Source: Dictyostelium discoideum (lineage: Eukaryota). From it: DNA of 64,000 bases. A program made the position numbers and the translations under genes. Location of the stretch: NCBI GenBank assembly GCA_000004695.1, contig CM000154.2, positions 2,112,001 to 2,176,000 of the forward strand. Reading direction: 5' to 3'. Positions 13,636 through 27,992 of this stretch are shown here, piece after piece. Position 1 is the stretch's first letter, and each line of letters starts with the position of its first letter. The notes under the pieces were generated by a model, which was not told the DNA's origin, made no database searches, and saw only the letters and a program-made list of their open reading frames with translations.

Positions 13636-15042
13636 CGCCAATCTCTGATTTTTTTTTATAATTTTTATATTTTATATTCCCAAAAGTATAAAAAAAAGTA
13701 ATCCCCAAACCTCCCAAATTAACCACCTTACTTTTTTTTTCAAAAAAAAAAAAAAAAAATTATTTTTTAATTACCCAAATTTTGATTATAGTTTTCTAAA
13801 ATTGGAGAATTACACTAAATCTTCAAGAAAGGAAGAAAATTACAGTTGTGATGCTAAATAATCTGTTGTTACTGTTATTGTTGCTATTGCTGTTGTTGGT
13901 GTTCTTATTCTTAATGAAAGCATTGTTAATTATTAAATATGTTGATTGTGAAATGTGAAAACAGTTGATAGTGAAATGTGAAAATTGTTAAATTGATGAT
14001 GTTGGTGAATATATGAATTGAAAGTAATAAATCCTTTTGATAAATACAAAAGTTCTTGTATTTTTGATTGTTGTTCTCTCTCTTTCTCTTGTTTCTTCGT
14101 AAAAAATTTGTTTTGTTTGCCTCTTGATCCATCTTTGGCAAAATATTAAATTGATTAATTGTACTACCAGAAGAAAAGAATAAAAAAAAAAAAAAATAAA
14201 AAAAAATATTAATAAAACAAATATTTCTAGTCTCTTTTATATAGAAACCAAAAGTATATCAAAAACTTATTGACAATCTGGAATATTAGTCAAGGAATTA
14301 ATTACTTCATCAATACAAACCGATTTTACATGAACATTATGGAAATCAAAAAATCAAAAAATAAAATTATGGTTGTTTTGCGATGTTTCTTTTGAAAATC
14401 AAAAAAAAAGAAAAAACTTTGTGGATGTAATTGGTCAATATGCCAAGGAAAATGGTCTTCTAAGAAAAAGTCTCGTGGAAAAAGAAAAGCCATCAAGCCA
14501 CATCCCTTATGAAAATTTTTTTTTAATGATTTCAATAAAAAAAAAAAAAAAATCAATAAAAATACATTTAAATAAAATATTTAATCTTTTTTAATTAACT
14601 CTAGAAATTGCATACCTTTATTTAATTTGTTTTATTCATTTATATTTTTATTTTTACTTTTATAATTATTTACTTAAAGTAGTTAATTTTATATTTTTTA
14701 AAAAAATGAATTCCTTTAAATGGATTTAATTAAATATTTTTGTCAAAATCATAATTTATCCATAAAAGGAATATTTAAAAATGTTGGGTTTTTATCAAAA
14801 AATCCCACCAGGGGATATGAAAATATGAAAAAAAAAAAAAAAATAGGCAAATAAATAAATAAATAAATAAAAAAAAAAAAAAAAAAAATTCGTAATAATA
14901 TTTTTATTTTTATAAATCTTAATTAATATAGTTTTGATTTGATTAATTAATTAATTAATTAAAATAAATAAAAAAAAAAAAATAAAAACATTAAACTTTT
15001 TTGCGAATAAAATCATAACTATGAACACCGTTAAAATTTGGG

Positions 15043-15074
<32 letters not shown>

Positions 15075-15209
15075 ATTCCTTTTTTTTTTTTTTATTTTTT
15101 TTTTTTTTTTTTAAAAAATTTTGATTTTTTTCATTTTTCTACTATTATTTTTTTTTTTTTTTTTTTTTAAACATACAATAATATATATCATTTTACAAAA
15201 AAAAGAAAA

Positions 15210-17497
15210 ATGATGAATTTAGGTAATCGTGTTAAATCGGTTATTAAATTAACTTCAACAACAGGTTTAACAGGCAAAGATTTTCAAGCAACCAAAGTTG
15301 CAACATTTTCAACAGCACAAGTTCAACAAGCACAAGAAAATGTTAGATCATATGGTGGTTTGAAGGATAAAGATCGTATTTTCACAAATTTATATGGTGA
15401 ACATGACGTTTATTTAAAGGGTGCTATTGCACGTGGAGATTGGTATAAAACTAAAAATATTATTGATAAAGGTAAAGATTGGATATTAAAAGAAATGATG
15501 GCCTCTGGTTTAAGAGGTAGAGGTGGTGCTGGTTTCCCATCAGGTTTGAAATGGAGTTTCATGCCAAAAACAACTTCAAAAGATAGACCACAATACCTTG
15601 TCATCAATGCTGATGAGGGTGAACCTGGAACATGCAAAGATAGAGAAATTATGAGACACGATCCTCATAAATTAATTGAAGGTTGTTTACTTGCTGGTTT
15701 TGCAATGAGAGCATGTGCAGGTATGTTTTTTTTTTAAAAAAAATTAAAAAAATAGATATTTTATAGAAAAAAAAAAAATATATATATATATATATATATT
15801 TTACCAAATAAAGAAAAAAAAAATCTATTTTTCATTTTTACCAAAAAAAAGTAAAGATAACTAATACCTATTTCATTTTAAAATAAAAATAAAATAAAAT
15901 AAAATTAAAATTATAATTACTATTATTATTATTATTTTATTAAAATATAAAAAAAATAATATATATGTATATATGTTATTATTATTTTTTAAAAAAAAAA
16001 AAAAAAAAATATAGCATACATTTATATTCGTGGTGAATTTCATTATGAAGCAAAAGTATTAGAACAAGCAATCGATGAAGCATATAAAGCAGGTTTAATT
16101 GGTGAAAATGCATGCGGTACAGGCTATAAATTTGATGTATATGTTCACAGAGGTGCTGGTGCATACATTTGTGGTGAAGAGACAGCTCTCATTGAAAGTA
16201 TTGAAGGTAAACAAGGTAAACCACGTTTAAAGCCACCTTTCCCAGCTATGGCTGGTCTTTATGGTTGTCCAACAACTGTAACAAATGTTGAAACAGTAGC
16301 TGTTGCTCCAACTATTTTAAGACGGTAAGATTTATCTACATAGATTCATACTATATACAGATAATGAATATATATATATATATATATATATTTAATGAGT
16401 CACAATACCTCTACAATCAAAAAAGCAATGAAAAACAAATCAACAATATAACAATGGTGTCACATAACTTCAATCTATTTTATCACTTGTCATTCATTAT
16501 AACATACAATCATCATGATATTATTACATTATCAAAAAACAAAATAATATGCAAAAAAAAAAAAAAAAGATACTAATAATATTACTTTTTTTTAAAAAAT
16601 ATGTAGTGGCGGTGCTTGGTTTGCAAGTTTTGGTAGACCAAAGAATGCAGGTACTAAATTATTTTGTATTTCCGGTCATGTCAATAATCCATGTACTGTT
16701 GAAGAAGAGATGAGTATTCCATTAAGAGAATTAATTGATAAACATTGTGGTGGTGTCATTGGAGGTTGGGATAACGTTAGTATTATTATTATTATTATTA
16801 TAATTTTTTTTTATTATTTACTAATAATTGTTTTTTTTTTATTTTGAAAAAAATAGTTAAAAGGTGTTATTCCAGGTGGTTCATCAGTACCAGTCCTTCC
16901 AAAAAATATTTGTGATAATGTTTTGTAAGTTGACAAAGAAAATCATGATGATAATGGTGATGATGACGATGATTTTATTAATATTAAAATAATAAATACT
17001 AATTATATAAAATTTATTTAAATAGAATGGATTTCGATGATCTTAGACAACACAGATCTGGTTTAGGTACAGCTGCAGTTATAGTTATGAACAAAGAAAC
17101 TGATATGATTGCAGCAATTGCAAGATTATCTAAATTCTATAAACACGAATCATGTGGTCAATGTACCCCATGTCGTGAAGGTGTTGGATGTATGTATCGA
17201 ATTGCTTTTTTCAATTGTTATCTGTAATGTGGCCTATACTAATTTATCTTTAATTATTTTTTTTTCCAATATAATTTAGGGCTCTATGATATCACCGATC
17301 GTTTAGTCACTGGTAATGCCAAACCCGATGAAATTGATTCACTTGAAGAAATTAGTAGACAAATTGAAGGTCACACCATTTGTGCTTTAGGTGATGCTGC
17401 TGCTTGGCCAGTACAAGGTTTAATTAGACATTTTAGACCAGAAATTGAAGATAGAATTAAACAATTCCAACTCAATAAGAAACAATCACCATTTTAA
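15210..17497 (+). CDS. ndufv1: NADH dehydrogenase [ubiquinone] flavoprotein 1 (complex I 51-kDa subunit), six exons (15210..15720, 16015..16324, 16607..16775, 16857..16924, 17026..17189, 17280..17497), 479 aa
   Basis: Family motifs are present: [69 protein letters not shown], and [12 protein letters not shown] (the 4Fe-4S ligand cysteines). The N-terminus is a mitochondrial presequence. Donors are GTATGT/GTAAGA/GTTAGT/GTAAGT/GTATGT, and all junction phases (1,2,0,2,1) were verified by hand against the conserved protein order. Confidence 0.9.
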
Positions 17498-17653
17498 ATT
17501 GTTTATTAATATTATTTATAATAGTATTATTAAAATAATAATAATAATAATAACAACCAAAAACGAAATAAGAAATTAATTAATATTAATTTTTCCCCAC
17601 TGCATCATAAACCTCATAATATATAATAAAAAAAAAAAAAAAAATTAATAAAA

Positions 17654-17693
<40 letters not shown>

Positions 17694-18047
17694 TTCCCAA
17701 CACTAATATAGGTTGGTTAGTTGCAGTAATCGCAAAATTATCTATCAATTTATTTTAATATTTTAATATTTTAATATTTTATTTTATTTTTTTTATTTTA
17801 TTTTTTTTTATTTTTTTTTTCTTTTTTTGAAAATTTTCATTTTTTTTTTTTAGTTTTTTTTTTTTTTTCTTCTTCTTCCAACAGTCAATATCAAATAATT
17901 ATTAATGTAACCATAATAATAATAATAAAAAAACAACACACAAACTATCAAATAAATACTTAAAGAGATAAAAAAAAAAATAATAAAAAAAAAATAATAA
18001 AAAAAATAAAAAAAAAAACATTTTTTGGAATAGTATTTATATATTAG

Positions 18048-21000
18048 ATGTATGGTTTTAATATTGGTAAAGCAGAAAATGCTGGCTTACATTTAGATAA
18101 TAAAAAAAGCGAAAATAATAATAGTAGCAACAATGAATTACATAAAGTTATTAATACGATTAATAATGGTTTTCAATTCAAAGATGACGATGATGAAGAT
18201 AATGAAAACAATTTAAATAATGAATCAAGTTCAGATGAAGAAAATCAACAACAACAAAATAATAATAATAATAATAATAAAAACCAATTCGAAGATGATG
18301 ATGAAGATCAAGAAGAAGAGGAATATATTAGTGGCGATGATTTAAATAATAATGGTCAAGAATCAGACGATTATGAAGAAGAAGAGGAAGATGATGATGA
18401 AGATGAGGAAGAAGAGGATGAAGAAAGTAAAAAATTAAACTATGATTCATTCTTTGGTGCAAATATGTCTCATAATATGGACTTTTTAAATTCTCAAAAT
18501 ATTAATTCTCAAATTGGTTTAATGGATCCACATTTACATAGTTCTCAATTAAACTTTGAAGAACCACAAGAAGAAATTGAATTACCTGCTCATGCCTGCG
18601 CGTAAGTATATTTATTTTATATTTTAATTAAAATATTTTCTCTAACTCTTTTTCTTTTATTTATTTAATTAAAGATATTGTGCAACACATGAATTATCAA
18701 CAGTTGTTAAATGTATGCATCCATCATGTGGTAAATGGTTTTGTAATGGTAAGGGTAAAACTAAATCATCACATATTATAACACATTTAGTTAAATCCAA
18801 ACATAAGGAAGTAGCATTACATCCAGAGAGTTCATTTGGTGATACAACATTGGAATGTTTTAATTGTGGTTGTAAGAATATATTTTTATTGGGTTTCATT
18901 ACAGCTAGAACCGAATCAGTTGTTGTTTTATTATGTAGAGATCCATGTGCATCTGGTCCATCGAAAGAGGTCAATTGGGATATGAGTAGTTGGCAACCTT
19001 TGATCAATGGTGGTGAAAAAGCATTTTGCAGTTGGTTAGTTAAAACACCATCACAAGTCGATAGTGAACGTTCAAGACAAATTACAATTCAACAAATTCT
19101 TAGACTTGAAGAGTTTTGGAAAATGGATCCAGAGGCCACACTACTCGATATTGAAGCACCAAGATCCGATGATGAAAAGCCAGCAAGCACCCAATTGGCC
19201 TATAAAGATGCCTATGAATATCGTGAGATCATTTCACCCCTAATTGAATTGGAAGCAAAACACGAGAAGGAATTAAGAGAATCCCTCTCTCAAAGTGGTA
19301 TTTCAATAGAGTGGAGTCAAGGTATTAATAAACGTTACACTGCAACATTTCCATTTAGTAGAAGTGATTTAGAATTTAAAGTTGTACCAGGTGATGAATT
19401 AAAACTTCAATTCATTTCATCCACTGGAGGCGTTATTGAATGGGAGGATACTGGTAGAGTAATTCATATCGATGATGAAAATCTATTATCATTGGAAACT
19501 AAGTCAAGGTGTAGCTTTGATTCAGGTCCAAAGGGTTCCTATAGAATGGAGATGGTTTGGCGTTCAACTTCATCTGAACGTATTTTAAGTGCAATGAAAT
19601 CATTTGCAATTAAAGAGCAAGCATTATCATCTTATTTATACCATGCATTATTAGGTCATCCAGATATACCACCAGCCCCATTGGATATTCAATTACCTAC
19701 AAATTTCCATTTAAAGAATTTACCACGTTTGAATGAATCACAAATTAGTGCAGTAAATAAAGTATTAACAGCACCATTATCATTGATTCAAGGTCCACCA
19801 GGTACTGGTAAAACTGTTATCTCTTCATTTATTATCCATCATTTGGTGAAATATGTCAAAGGTAATGATAAAGTTTTAGTTTGTACACCATCAAATGTTG
19901 CAATCGATCAACTCACTGGTAAACTTCATGAAATTGGTTTAAAGGTTGTTAGATTAAGTAGTAAACTTAGAGAGGAGGTCGCATCACCTGTTGAACATCT
20001 TACACTTCACAAACAAGTTTATAAATTGGATCAAATGGGTGATGGTGAACTTGGTAAACTTAGAAAGTTAAAAGAAGCATTTGGTTCACTCAGTAATGAA
20101 GATGAAAAACGTTATATCTACTTACGTCGTATGATGGAAATGGCGATCCTAAGAAAAGCAGATGTAATTTGTGCAACTTGTGTGGGTGCTGGTGATCCAC
20201 GTCTATCACAATTCCGTTTCCCTCATATTCTTATCGATGAATCAACTCAAGCCTCTGAACCAGAATGTTTGATTCCATTAATGATGGGTGCTAAGCAAGT
20301 CATTCTCGTTGGTGATCATCGTCAATTGGGTCCTGTATTACTTTGTAAAAAAGTAGTTGATGCTGGTCTTTCTCAATCACTCTTTGAACGTTTAATCTCT
20401 TTAGGCCATCATCCTGAACGTTTAACAATTCAATATCGTATGCATCCATCGCTCACAGAGTTCCCTTCAAATACCTCTTACGAAGGTCAATTGGTTAGTG
20501 AACTATCACATACTGATCGTGATTCTCAATCGAAATTCCCATGGCCACAACCAAAAGATCCAATGTTTTTCTTTAATTGTACTGGTAGTGAAGAAATTTC
20601 TTCATCTGGTACCTCTTTTATTAATACTACCGAGGCTTCAATTTGTGAGAAAATCGTTACAAAATTCTTAGAGTTGGGTTCATTACCTGGTCAAATTGGT
20701 ATCATTACACCTTATGAAGGTCAACGTGCTTACATTACTAGTCATATGCAAAAATCTGGTAAATTAAATCTAGAACTCTATAAATCCATTGAGGTTGCAA
20801 GTGTAGATTCTTTTCAAGGTAGAGAAAAAGATTATATTATCCTCTCTTGTGTACGTTCAAATGATTATCAAGGTATTGGTTTCCTTCAAGATCCAAGACG
20901 TTTAAATGTAGCTCTTACTCGTGCTAGATTTGGTTTAATAATTTTAGGTAATGCAAAGGTACTCTCAAAAGATCCACTCTGGAATTCTTTAATCTCTCAC

Positions 21001-21583
21001 TTTAAAAATAAAAATGTTTTGGTAGAGGGTTCTCTTGCAAATTTAAAACAAAGTCCTGTAATTTTACAAAAACCAAAAAAACTCTATGGTCAAGGTAAAC
21101 TTCCAATTCCAGGTCAAAATTCAAATAGTTTTAATTATGATCGTGAACATATTGATCCAAATATTGGTATGAATATGGTTTATGGTATTTCAAATAATAA
21201 TATTAATAATAATAGTAATAATATTAATAATAATAATAATAATAATATTAACAATAATATTAACAATAATAATAATCAAAGATTTAACACCCAAGATGGT
21301 AGATATTCAAATTCACAAACTTCTTCATCAAGTCAAACTTATTATGGTTCAACAAATTCAAGTGGTAATACTATTAATAGTAATCAAAATCAATTCTTTA
21401 ATACACCATCTTCTTATTCTGCAAATACTGGTTCATCTTATCAATATAGATTCCAACAATATCAACAATTACAACAACCACAACCACAACAACAACAACA
21501 ACCACAACAACAACAACAACCACAACAACAACAACAACCACAACAACCACAACAACAACAACCACAACAACAAAAACAATACC

Positions 21584-21645
<62 letters not shown>

Positions 21646-21807
21646 AAGCAACAACCACACCAACAATACCAATCACAAAAGCAGCAACAACAACAACAAT
21701 ACCAACAACCTCAACAATATCAACAACAAAACCAACAATACCACCAATCACAACTTCCACCAAAACAATACCACAATCAACGATTTAATAATAATAATAA
21801 TAACAAT

Positions 21808-21877
<70 letters not shown>

Positions 21878-22089
21878 TTAACAACAATAATTCTAAAAAC
21901 CAAAACCAAAACCAATCACCACGTCGTTCTCCTGTGGTTGGAACTCTCCAGCTACATTGCAAGTTTGATTCACAACCAAATAATAACAAACATATTAGTG
22001 ATCCAAATCAGCCACAAATCTCAAATCCTAATATGTCCATTCCTCTTAGCCAATCTTTAAGCTTTAATGATTTATCTCAAGTAAGTACA

Positions 22090-22136
<47 letters not shown>

Positions 22137-22208
22137 ATAATAATAATAATTCTAACCAAAATTTTATTATAGGAACAATTTAACAAATCAAATTCAAGAA
22201 AAGATTAA
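18048..22208 (+). CDS. upf1: Regulator of nonsense transcripts 1 (UPF1 RNA helicase), three exons (18048..18601, 18675..22080, 22173..22208), about 1331 aa
   Basis: The CH-rich zinc-knuckle region (HACAYC.., CGKWFCNGKG, LECFNCGCKNIFLLGF), the SF1 helicase motifs (GPPGTGKT, DESTQASEPE, VILVGDHRQLGPV, GFLQDPRRLNVALTRAR) and overall collinearity identify UPF1. Exon 1 (184 codons, acidic D/E/N-rich) joins at GTAAGT 18602 / AAAG 18673-18674 and rebuilds the conserved ...ELPAHACA|YCATHE... The 3' splice (GTAAGT 22081; TTATAG acceptor 22171-22172) removes the poly-A-derived KKKK tail of the raw ORF. The C-terminal region has long poly-N and poly-Q tracts. Confidence 0.85.
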
Positions 22209-22488
22209 ACCTTTATTTAACTATTCTATTTCCTCAACCTCCCTTTACTGTTGGAACCTTGATATTTAAATTTTAGATTTTTAAAAACAAGACTACCCAA
22301 TTCAAATTTAAAAAATTGGTTAGATGTGAATTCTTCAAGTACTTAATTCATCCTCTTTCAAGTTTTTTTTTTTTTTGGTATTCCAAAACAAAACAAACAA
22401 AAAAAAAATAAATAAAATAAAAAGTTTGATCTTTTAGCCTTTTTTTTTATCCAGCTTATTAAAAACAATAAAATCGATCTTGGGGAAA

Positions 22489-22525
<37 letters not shown>

Positions 22526-22649
22526 CACCTATATATTTCTTTTTCTTTTTTTTATTTATTTTAATTTTACCTTTTTTTATTTATTATTTATTTATTTATT
22601 TATTTTGATTTTATTACTTTTACTATTAAATTGATTTATTATTTTTTTT

Positions 22650-23356
<707 letters not shown>

Positions 23357-23463
23357 TTTTTTTTTTTTATATATATTAAATAGTTATGTTTGACTTTTTG
23401 AAAAAAAAAAAAAAAGAAAAAAAGTGATTGTGCAATCACGAATTGAAAAAATTTTAAAATTTT

Positions 23464-23500
<37 letters not shown>

Positions 23501-23645
23501 TTTTGCCATATTTTTTCATTTATTTTTATTATTATTATTATTTTTTTTTTTGTTTGTTTTTCAAAAAAAAAAAAGATATATTAAAAAATAAACGGGTGTA
23601 ATAATAGTCAAAGTTCAGTAGAATAATTTTTTTTTTTTTAGAAAA

Positions 23646-23693
<48 letters not shown>

Positions 23694-23700
23694 ATTCAAT

Positions 23701-24728
23701 ATGTCTTTAACAAAAAAAATCAAAAATGAAAAATCATTAAAACAAGAAAAACAAACTGATCAATTAAAATCAAACCTTCGAAATAATAATAATAATATTA
23801 ATAATAAATCGAAACCAAAAGATCAAAACTTAAATACATTACATTATATTAAAACTCACTTAAAAGAAGAATTATTTTTCATATTTTGTGTTGGTGGAAT
23901 TTATATATTTTATTTACTATATGGTTTAGTTCAAGAACAATTGTAATATTTTTTACAAAAAGATAAAAAAAATAAAAAAATAAAAAAATAAAAAATAAAA
24001 TTTAATAAATTACTAACACTTTTTTTTATTTTTTCATTTTTTCATTTTTTTTTATCTATTTCGTTGAGAATATTATAGAAATGTAACAAAATTTGGAACA
24101 GAGAAAAAAGTTTTTGGATTCACAGCATTTTTATTAGCCTTACAATGTTTTTTTAATATGGTATCAGCATGGTTAGTAAGTTTAGTAAATAAAGAACAAA
24201 AAGATAATACACCATTTATGAAGTATGGTTTTGTTTCAATGTTATTAGTTATTTCAACATTTTTAAGTAATCAATCAATTCGTTATATTAGTTATCCAAC
24301 ACAGGTATTGGCAAAATCATGTAAACCAATTCCAGTAATATTTATGGGTTTACTTTTATTTAAAAAGAAATATCCATTCTTAAAATATATTGTTGTAATT
24401 GTAATTTCATTAGGTATTTCTTTATTTATGGTAAGTGTGTTTTTTTTTAAATTTATTTTATTTTTAAAATTTAATATTTTATTTCTAATAATAATAATAA
24501 TTATTATTATTATAATTATCAAAAAGTTACCAAAAGCAACGTCAAAGAAAAATATTCAATTTGAAGGACATGATCATTTATTTGGTAATTTTATTTTATT
24601 TGTTTCATTAATGATGGATGGTGTAATGGGTCCATTTCAAGATAATTTAGTTAGACAATATAAACCATCTGCAACTTCAATGATGTTAAATACAAATATT
24701 TGGAATTTAGGTTTATTTTCAATAAGTA

Positions 24729-24768
<40 letters not shown>

Positions 24769-25186
24769 AAATTATTAATATAATTAAATTTAAATTATAG
24801 TGGCATTTGCTAGAGGTGAAGTTAGTCAAGCAATTGATTTCATTTTAGAATATCCAGAAGTAATTAAATTAATATTAGCATTTTGTATTACTAGTGCTAT
24901 TGGTCAACAATTTATATTTTTAACAACAAATAAATTTGGATCATTAAATTGTAGTACTATTACCACAACAAGAAAATTCTTTTCAATTTTAGTCTCAATT
25001 TTCTATTTTGGTCATTCACTCGATAATTTACAATGGGCAGCAATTTGTATGGTGTTTGGTGGTTTAATTTTAGATTTATACATTAGTTACTCAAATAAAA
25101 AGAAAGGTGTTGTTCTTTCACCCATAGCAGCACCAGTAAAGCATCCAACTGCTACTACTCCTCTCGAAAATAAAAAATCATTATAG
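23701..25186 (+). CDS. slc35b1: Solute carrier family 35 member B1-like nucleotide-sugar / ATP-ADP transporter (UDP-galactose-transporter-related), four exons (23701..23942, 24079..24430, 24527..24725, 24801..25186), about 392 aa
   Basis: Conserved SLC35B segments are present: YPTQVLAKSCKPIPVIFMGLLLFKKKYPFLKY, GQQFIFLTTNKFGSLNCSTITTTRKFFSIL, and multiple TM helices. Junction phases (2,0,1) were checked by hand; donors are GTAATA, GTAAGT and GTAAGT. The ORF-track pieces at 24158 and 24800 are internal exons. Confidence 0.8.
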
Positions 25187-25476
25187 ATTTTAAAATCCCT
25201 TAAGGGGAATTAAACGATACTGAAAAAAAAAAAAAAAAAAAAAAAATATCCAAAATATTATGATTTGTTAATAAAGATCAAATTACATTTCCAAATGACG
25301 TGTAGAACTACTTTTTTTTTTTATTACGAATTTTCTTTTTTTTTTAGATTTTTTTTTTTTTTTTAGATTTTTTTTTTTTTTTTTAATCAACTTTTTATTT
25401 TTTTATTTTTATTTTTATTTTTTTTATTTCATATCAAATAAAATTTGTGGTGCAAGTTAACAAACAATTTTATAAA

Positions 25477-26023
25477 ATGAAAATTATTTTAACATTATTA
25501 TTATTAGCATTGGTTTGTGTTAATTCTCAATTGATTAATTATACCCCTTATAACGAAGATTGTACTTCAATTGTAGATGGTGTTGGTTTTGGTTTATTAC
25601 CATTTACTTGTTTATTAAACACTACTACCGAATCAATTTATTCATTTGATTTATATGATCAACCTTATGTAAATATTTCAAGTTCTCATACAGGATATTG
25701 GTAAATATTAATTATATATTCTATTATTTCTTTATATTTAATTTATTAAAAAAACAAATTTAATTAAAAAAAAAAAAAAAATTAATTAAAAAAAAAAAAA
25801 AATAAAGTGATGATCCAGTTTCGACCCAAATTTTTAAACTTGATTCATGTGGATATTATAAATACTCAAAAACAAATTACTATGTTTACCAATCAAATCA
25901 ACCAGAAGTTCCAGCTAATTCATATATATATGAACAATATGACTCTACTTGCGAAACTCGTCAAAGTTATTGGTATGCTACAAATGGTAAGTTAAATATT
26001 ATTATCATTATTATTATTATTAA

Positions 26024-26122
<99 letters not shown>

Positions 26123-26366
26123 TTTTAATTATTATTAATAATTATTTTTTTATTTAATTTTTTTTTTATTTAATTTTTTTTTTTTTTTTTTTTTCAAAAA
26201 AATAGGAACTGTTGTTGTTGATTATAAACAAAATTTTTCAACAACTTATCTTTGCATATCTAATCAACCATTCACTAATGTATGCACAGATGGTAAATGT
26301 GTCCTTACACCAGTGAAGACATCTTGCGAAAATTCAAATGGAATTATTATTACATGTACCGTTTAA
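25477..26366 (+). CDS. Small secreted Cys/Tyr-rich protein, three exons (25477..25700, 25808..25986, 26206..26366), about 191 aa
   Basis: It opens with a signal peptide (MKIILTLLLLALVCVNSQ). Donors are GTAAAT (25701) and GTAAGT (25987); acceptors lie at 25806-25807 and 26204-26205. The phases close exactly on TAA 26364-26366. Intron 2 holds a 130-bp (ATT)n tract. The frame for exon 2 differs from the ORF-track ORF at 25807..25995, which I consider spurious. Confidence 0.5.
26000..26130. repeat. (ATT)n microsatellite, about 130 bp (intronic)
   Basis: Seen directly. Confidence 0.95.
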
Positions 26367-27258
26367 ATAAAATGATATTTTTTTAAAAAAAAAAAAAAAA
26401 ACAATTAAAAAAAATTAAAAATTAACAAAAATAATAATGATAATTAATTTATGATTTTATAAAAAATATTTTATTTGTAATTAAAGTAAAAATTTAAACG
26501 ACACAAAAAATACAATGATATAAATTGTGGTATTAATATATTATTTTTTTTTTTTTTTCTTTGTATTGCAAGATCACTAAATTTTTTATGGAATTATAAT
26601 TTCAATCAAGTAAAAAAAAAAAAAAATAAAATAATATAAACATTAATTTACCTTTTTGTTTTTTTCTTTTTTTTTTCATAAAATCTTATTTTATTGGATT
26701 AAAAAAGATAATATTTTTATTTTTTTTTTCTCACCAAAAAAAAAAAAATCAAAAGATATTTTTTAAAAAAAAAAAGATATTTAAAAAAAAAAATATCTTC
26801 TTTTTAATTTTTTATTGGTTGAAATAATTGAAAATAAAAAAAAGAAATTTAAATATAAGCTAATAATAAAACAAATTTATTGAATGTAATGATTCAATTG
26901 TTTAATTTTTTTTTTTTTTTTTTTTCTTTGTACTCTTTTTTTATAATTAATCCTAGTTATAATAAAATTTTTTAACTGAGTGCCAAAAAAATACACATCA
27001 AAGAATTTTGATTTTCAAATAATAGGGTATTATTTTTAGGAACTTGAATATTTTATGAGAATAATTGGAGGGTGTTGGTAAAAAAAAAAAAAAAAATTTA
27101 AAATAAATAATTTTTTTAATTTTTTTAATTTTTTTTTTTACTAATATCCATTTTTTTTTTTTTATCATTTTTTTTTTTTTTTGATTATTTTTATTTTTAA
27201 TCATTTTTGTTTTTGATATTTTTTTTTTTTTTTTATAAATAATTTCAAACTTCTTTCC

Positions 27259-27484
27259 ATGGATAAAATATTATTGGTTATTTTATTTTTATTTTCAGCC
27301 ATTTCCATAAATGCACAAGATGATTTTGAATGTATTGATAGATTTCTTAAAGGAATAAATCAAGTGTCTATGTTCCCTTCACCTGCAATCTCTATGTATT
27401 GCTATTCTACTCAAAACATAAAATGTGACAGTGAAAATAAAGTTACACTTATTAGGTAATTATTATTATTATTATTATTATTGT

Positions 27485-27525
<41 letters not shown>

Positions 27526-27942
27526 CCCAAAACACCTTCTAACTCTAATTTTCTTAAAAAAATAATAAATAATAAATAATATATAATAAAAAAAGTATTC
27601 GTTCAAATAATTCAAGTTTTGTTTTAAATAGAAGTTATTTAAATTGTTTTAGAAAATTGGAAAATTTTGAATTATCAAATTTTATTTTAAATGATAATAT
27701 TTTTTATTCACCAATAACTAGTCAATCATTAAATACATTCTCTGTTATCTCTCCAAAAATAAATTTATTTTCTTTATCACAACAAATTAAATTAAATATG
27801 TCAATTTTAAAATTAGCTTTTACTGATTTAACTTCAATTTCTCCAATTACACTTCAATATTTACAAAATGTTAAAAAATCAAGGGAATTTTTATTATTAA
27901 AATTTATTATTATTATTACCATTATTAATATTTATAATATTG

Positions 27943-27992
<50 letters not shown>

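Noticed and set aside
14326-14594. ORFs 14326..14556(-), 14373..14594(+) and 13926..14141(-)
   Set aside because: They are short and K/F-rich, read through poly-A/T, and have no splice or family support. The region is treated as a non-coding island in the findings instead.
21182-22060. ORFs 21182..22060(+), 21398..21763(-), 21469..21672(-) and 21777..21989(-), poly-I/L/V proteins
   Set aside because: They are alternative frames and antisense of the UPF1 poly-N/poly-Q coding tract.
22081-22137. The poly-K C-terminus of the raw UPF1 ORF (…[20 protein letters not shown])
   Set aside because: It is translation of an intronic poly-A tract after an unspliced GTAAGT donor. It is replaced by the spliced 11-codon terminal exon.
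25807-25995. ORF 25807..25995 (MMIQFRPKFLNLIHVDIINTQ...)
   Set aside because: It is the alternative frame of exon 2 of the secreted-protein gene. Only the other frame connects to exon 1 (phase 2) and exon 3, and closes on a stop with a Cys/Tyr-rich product.
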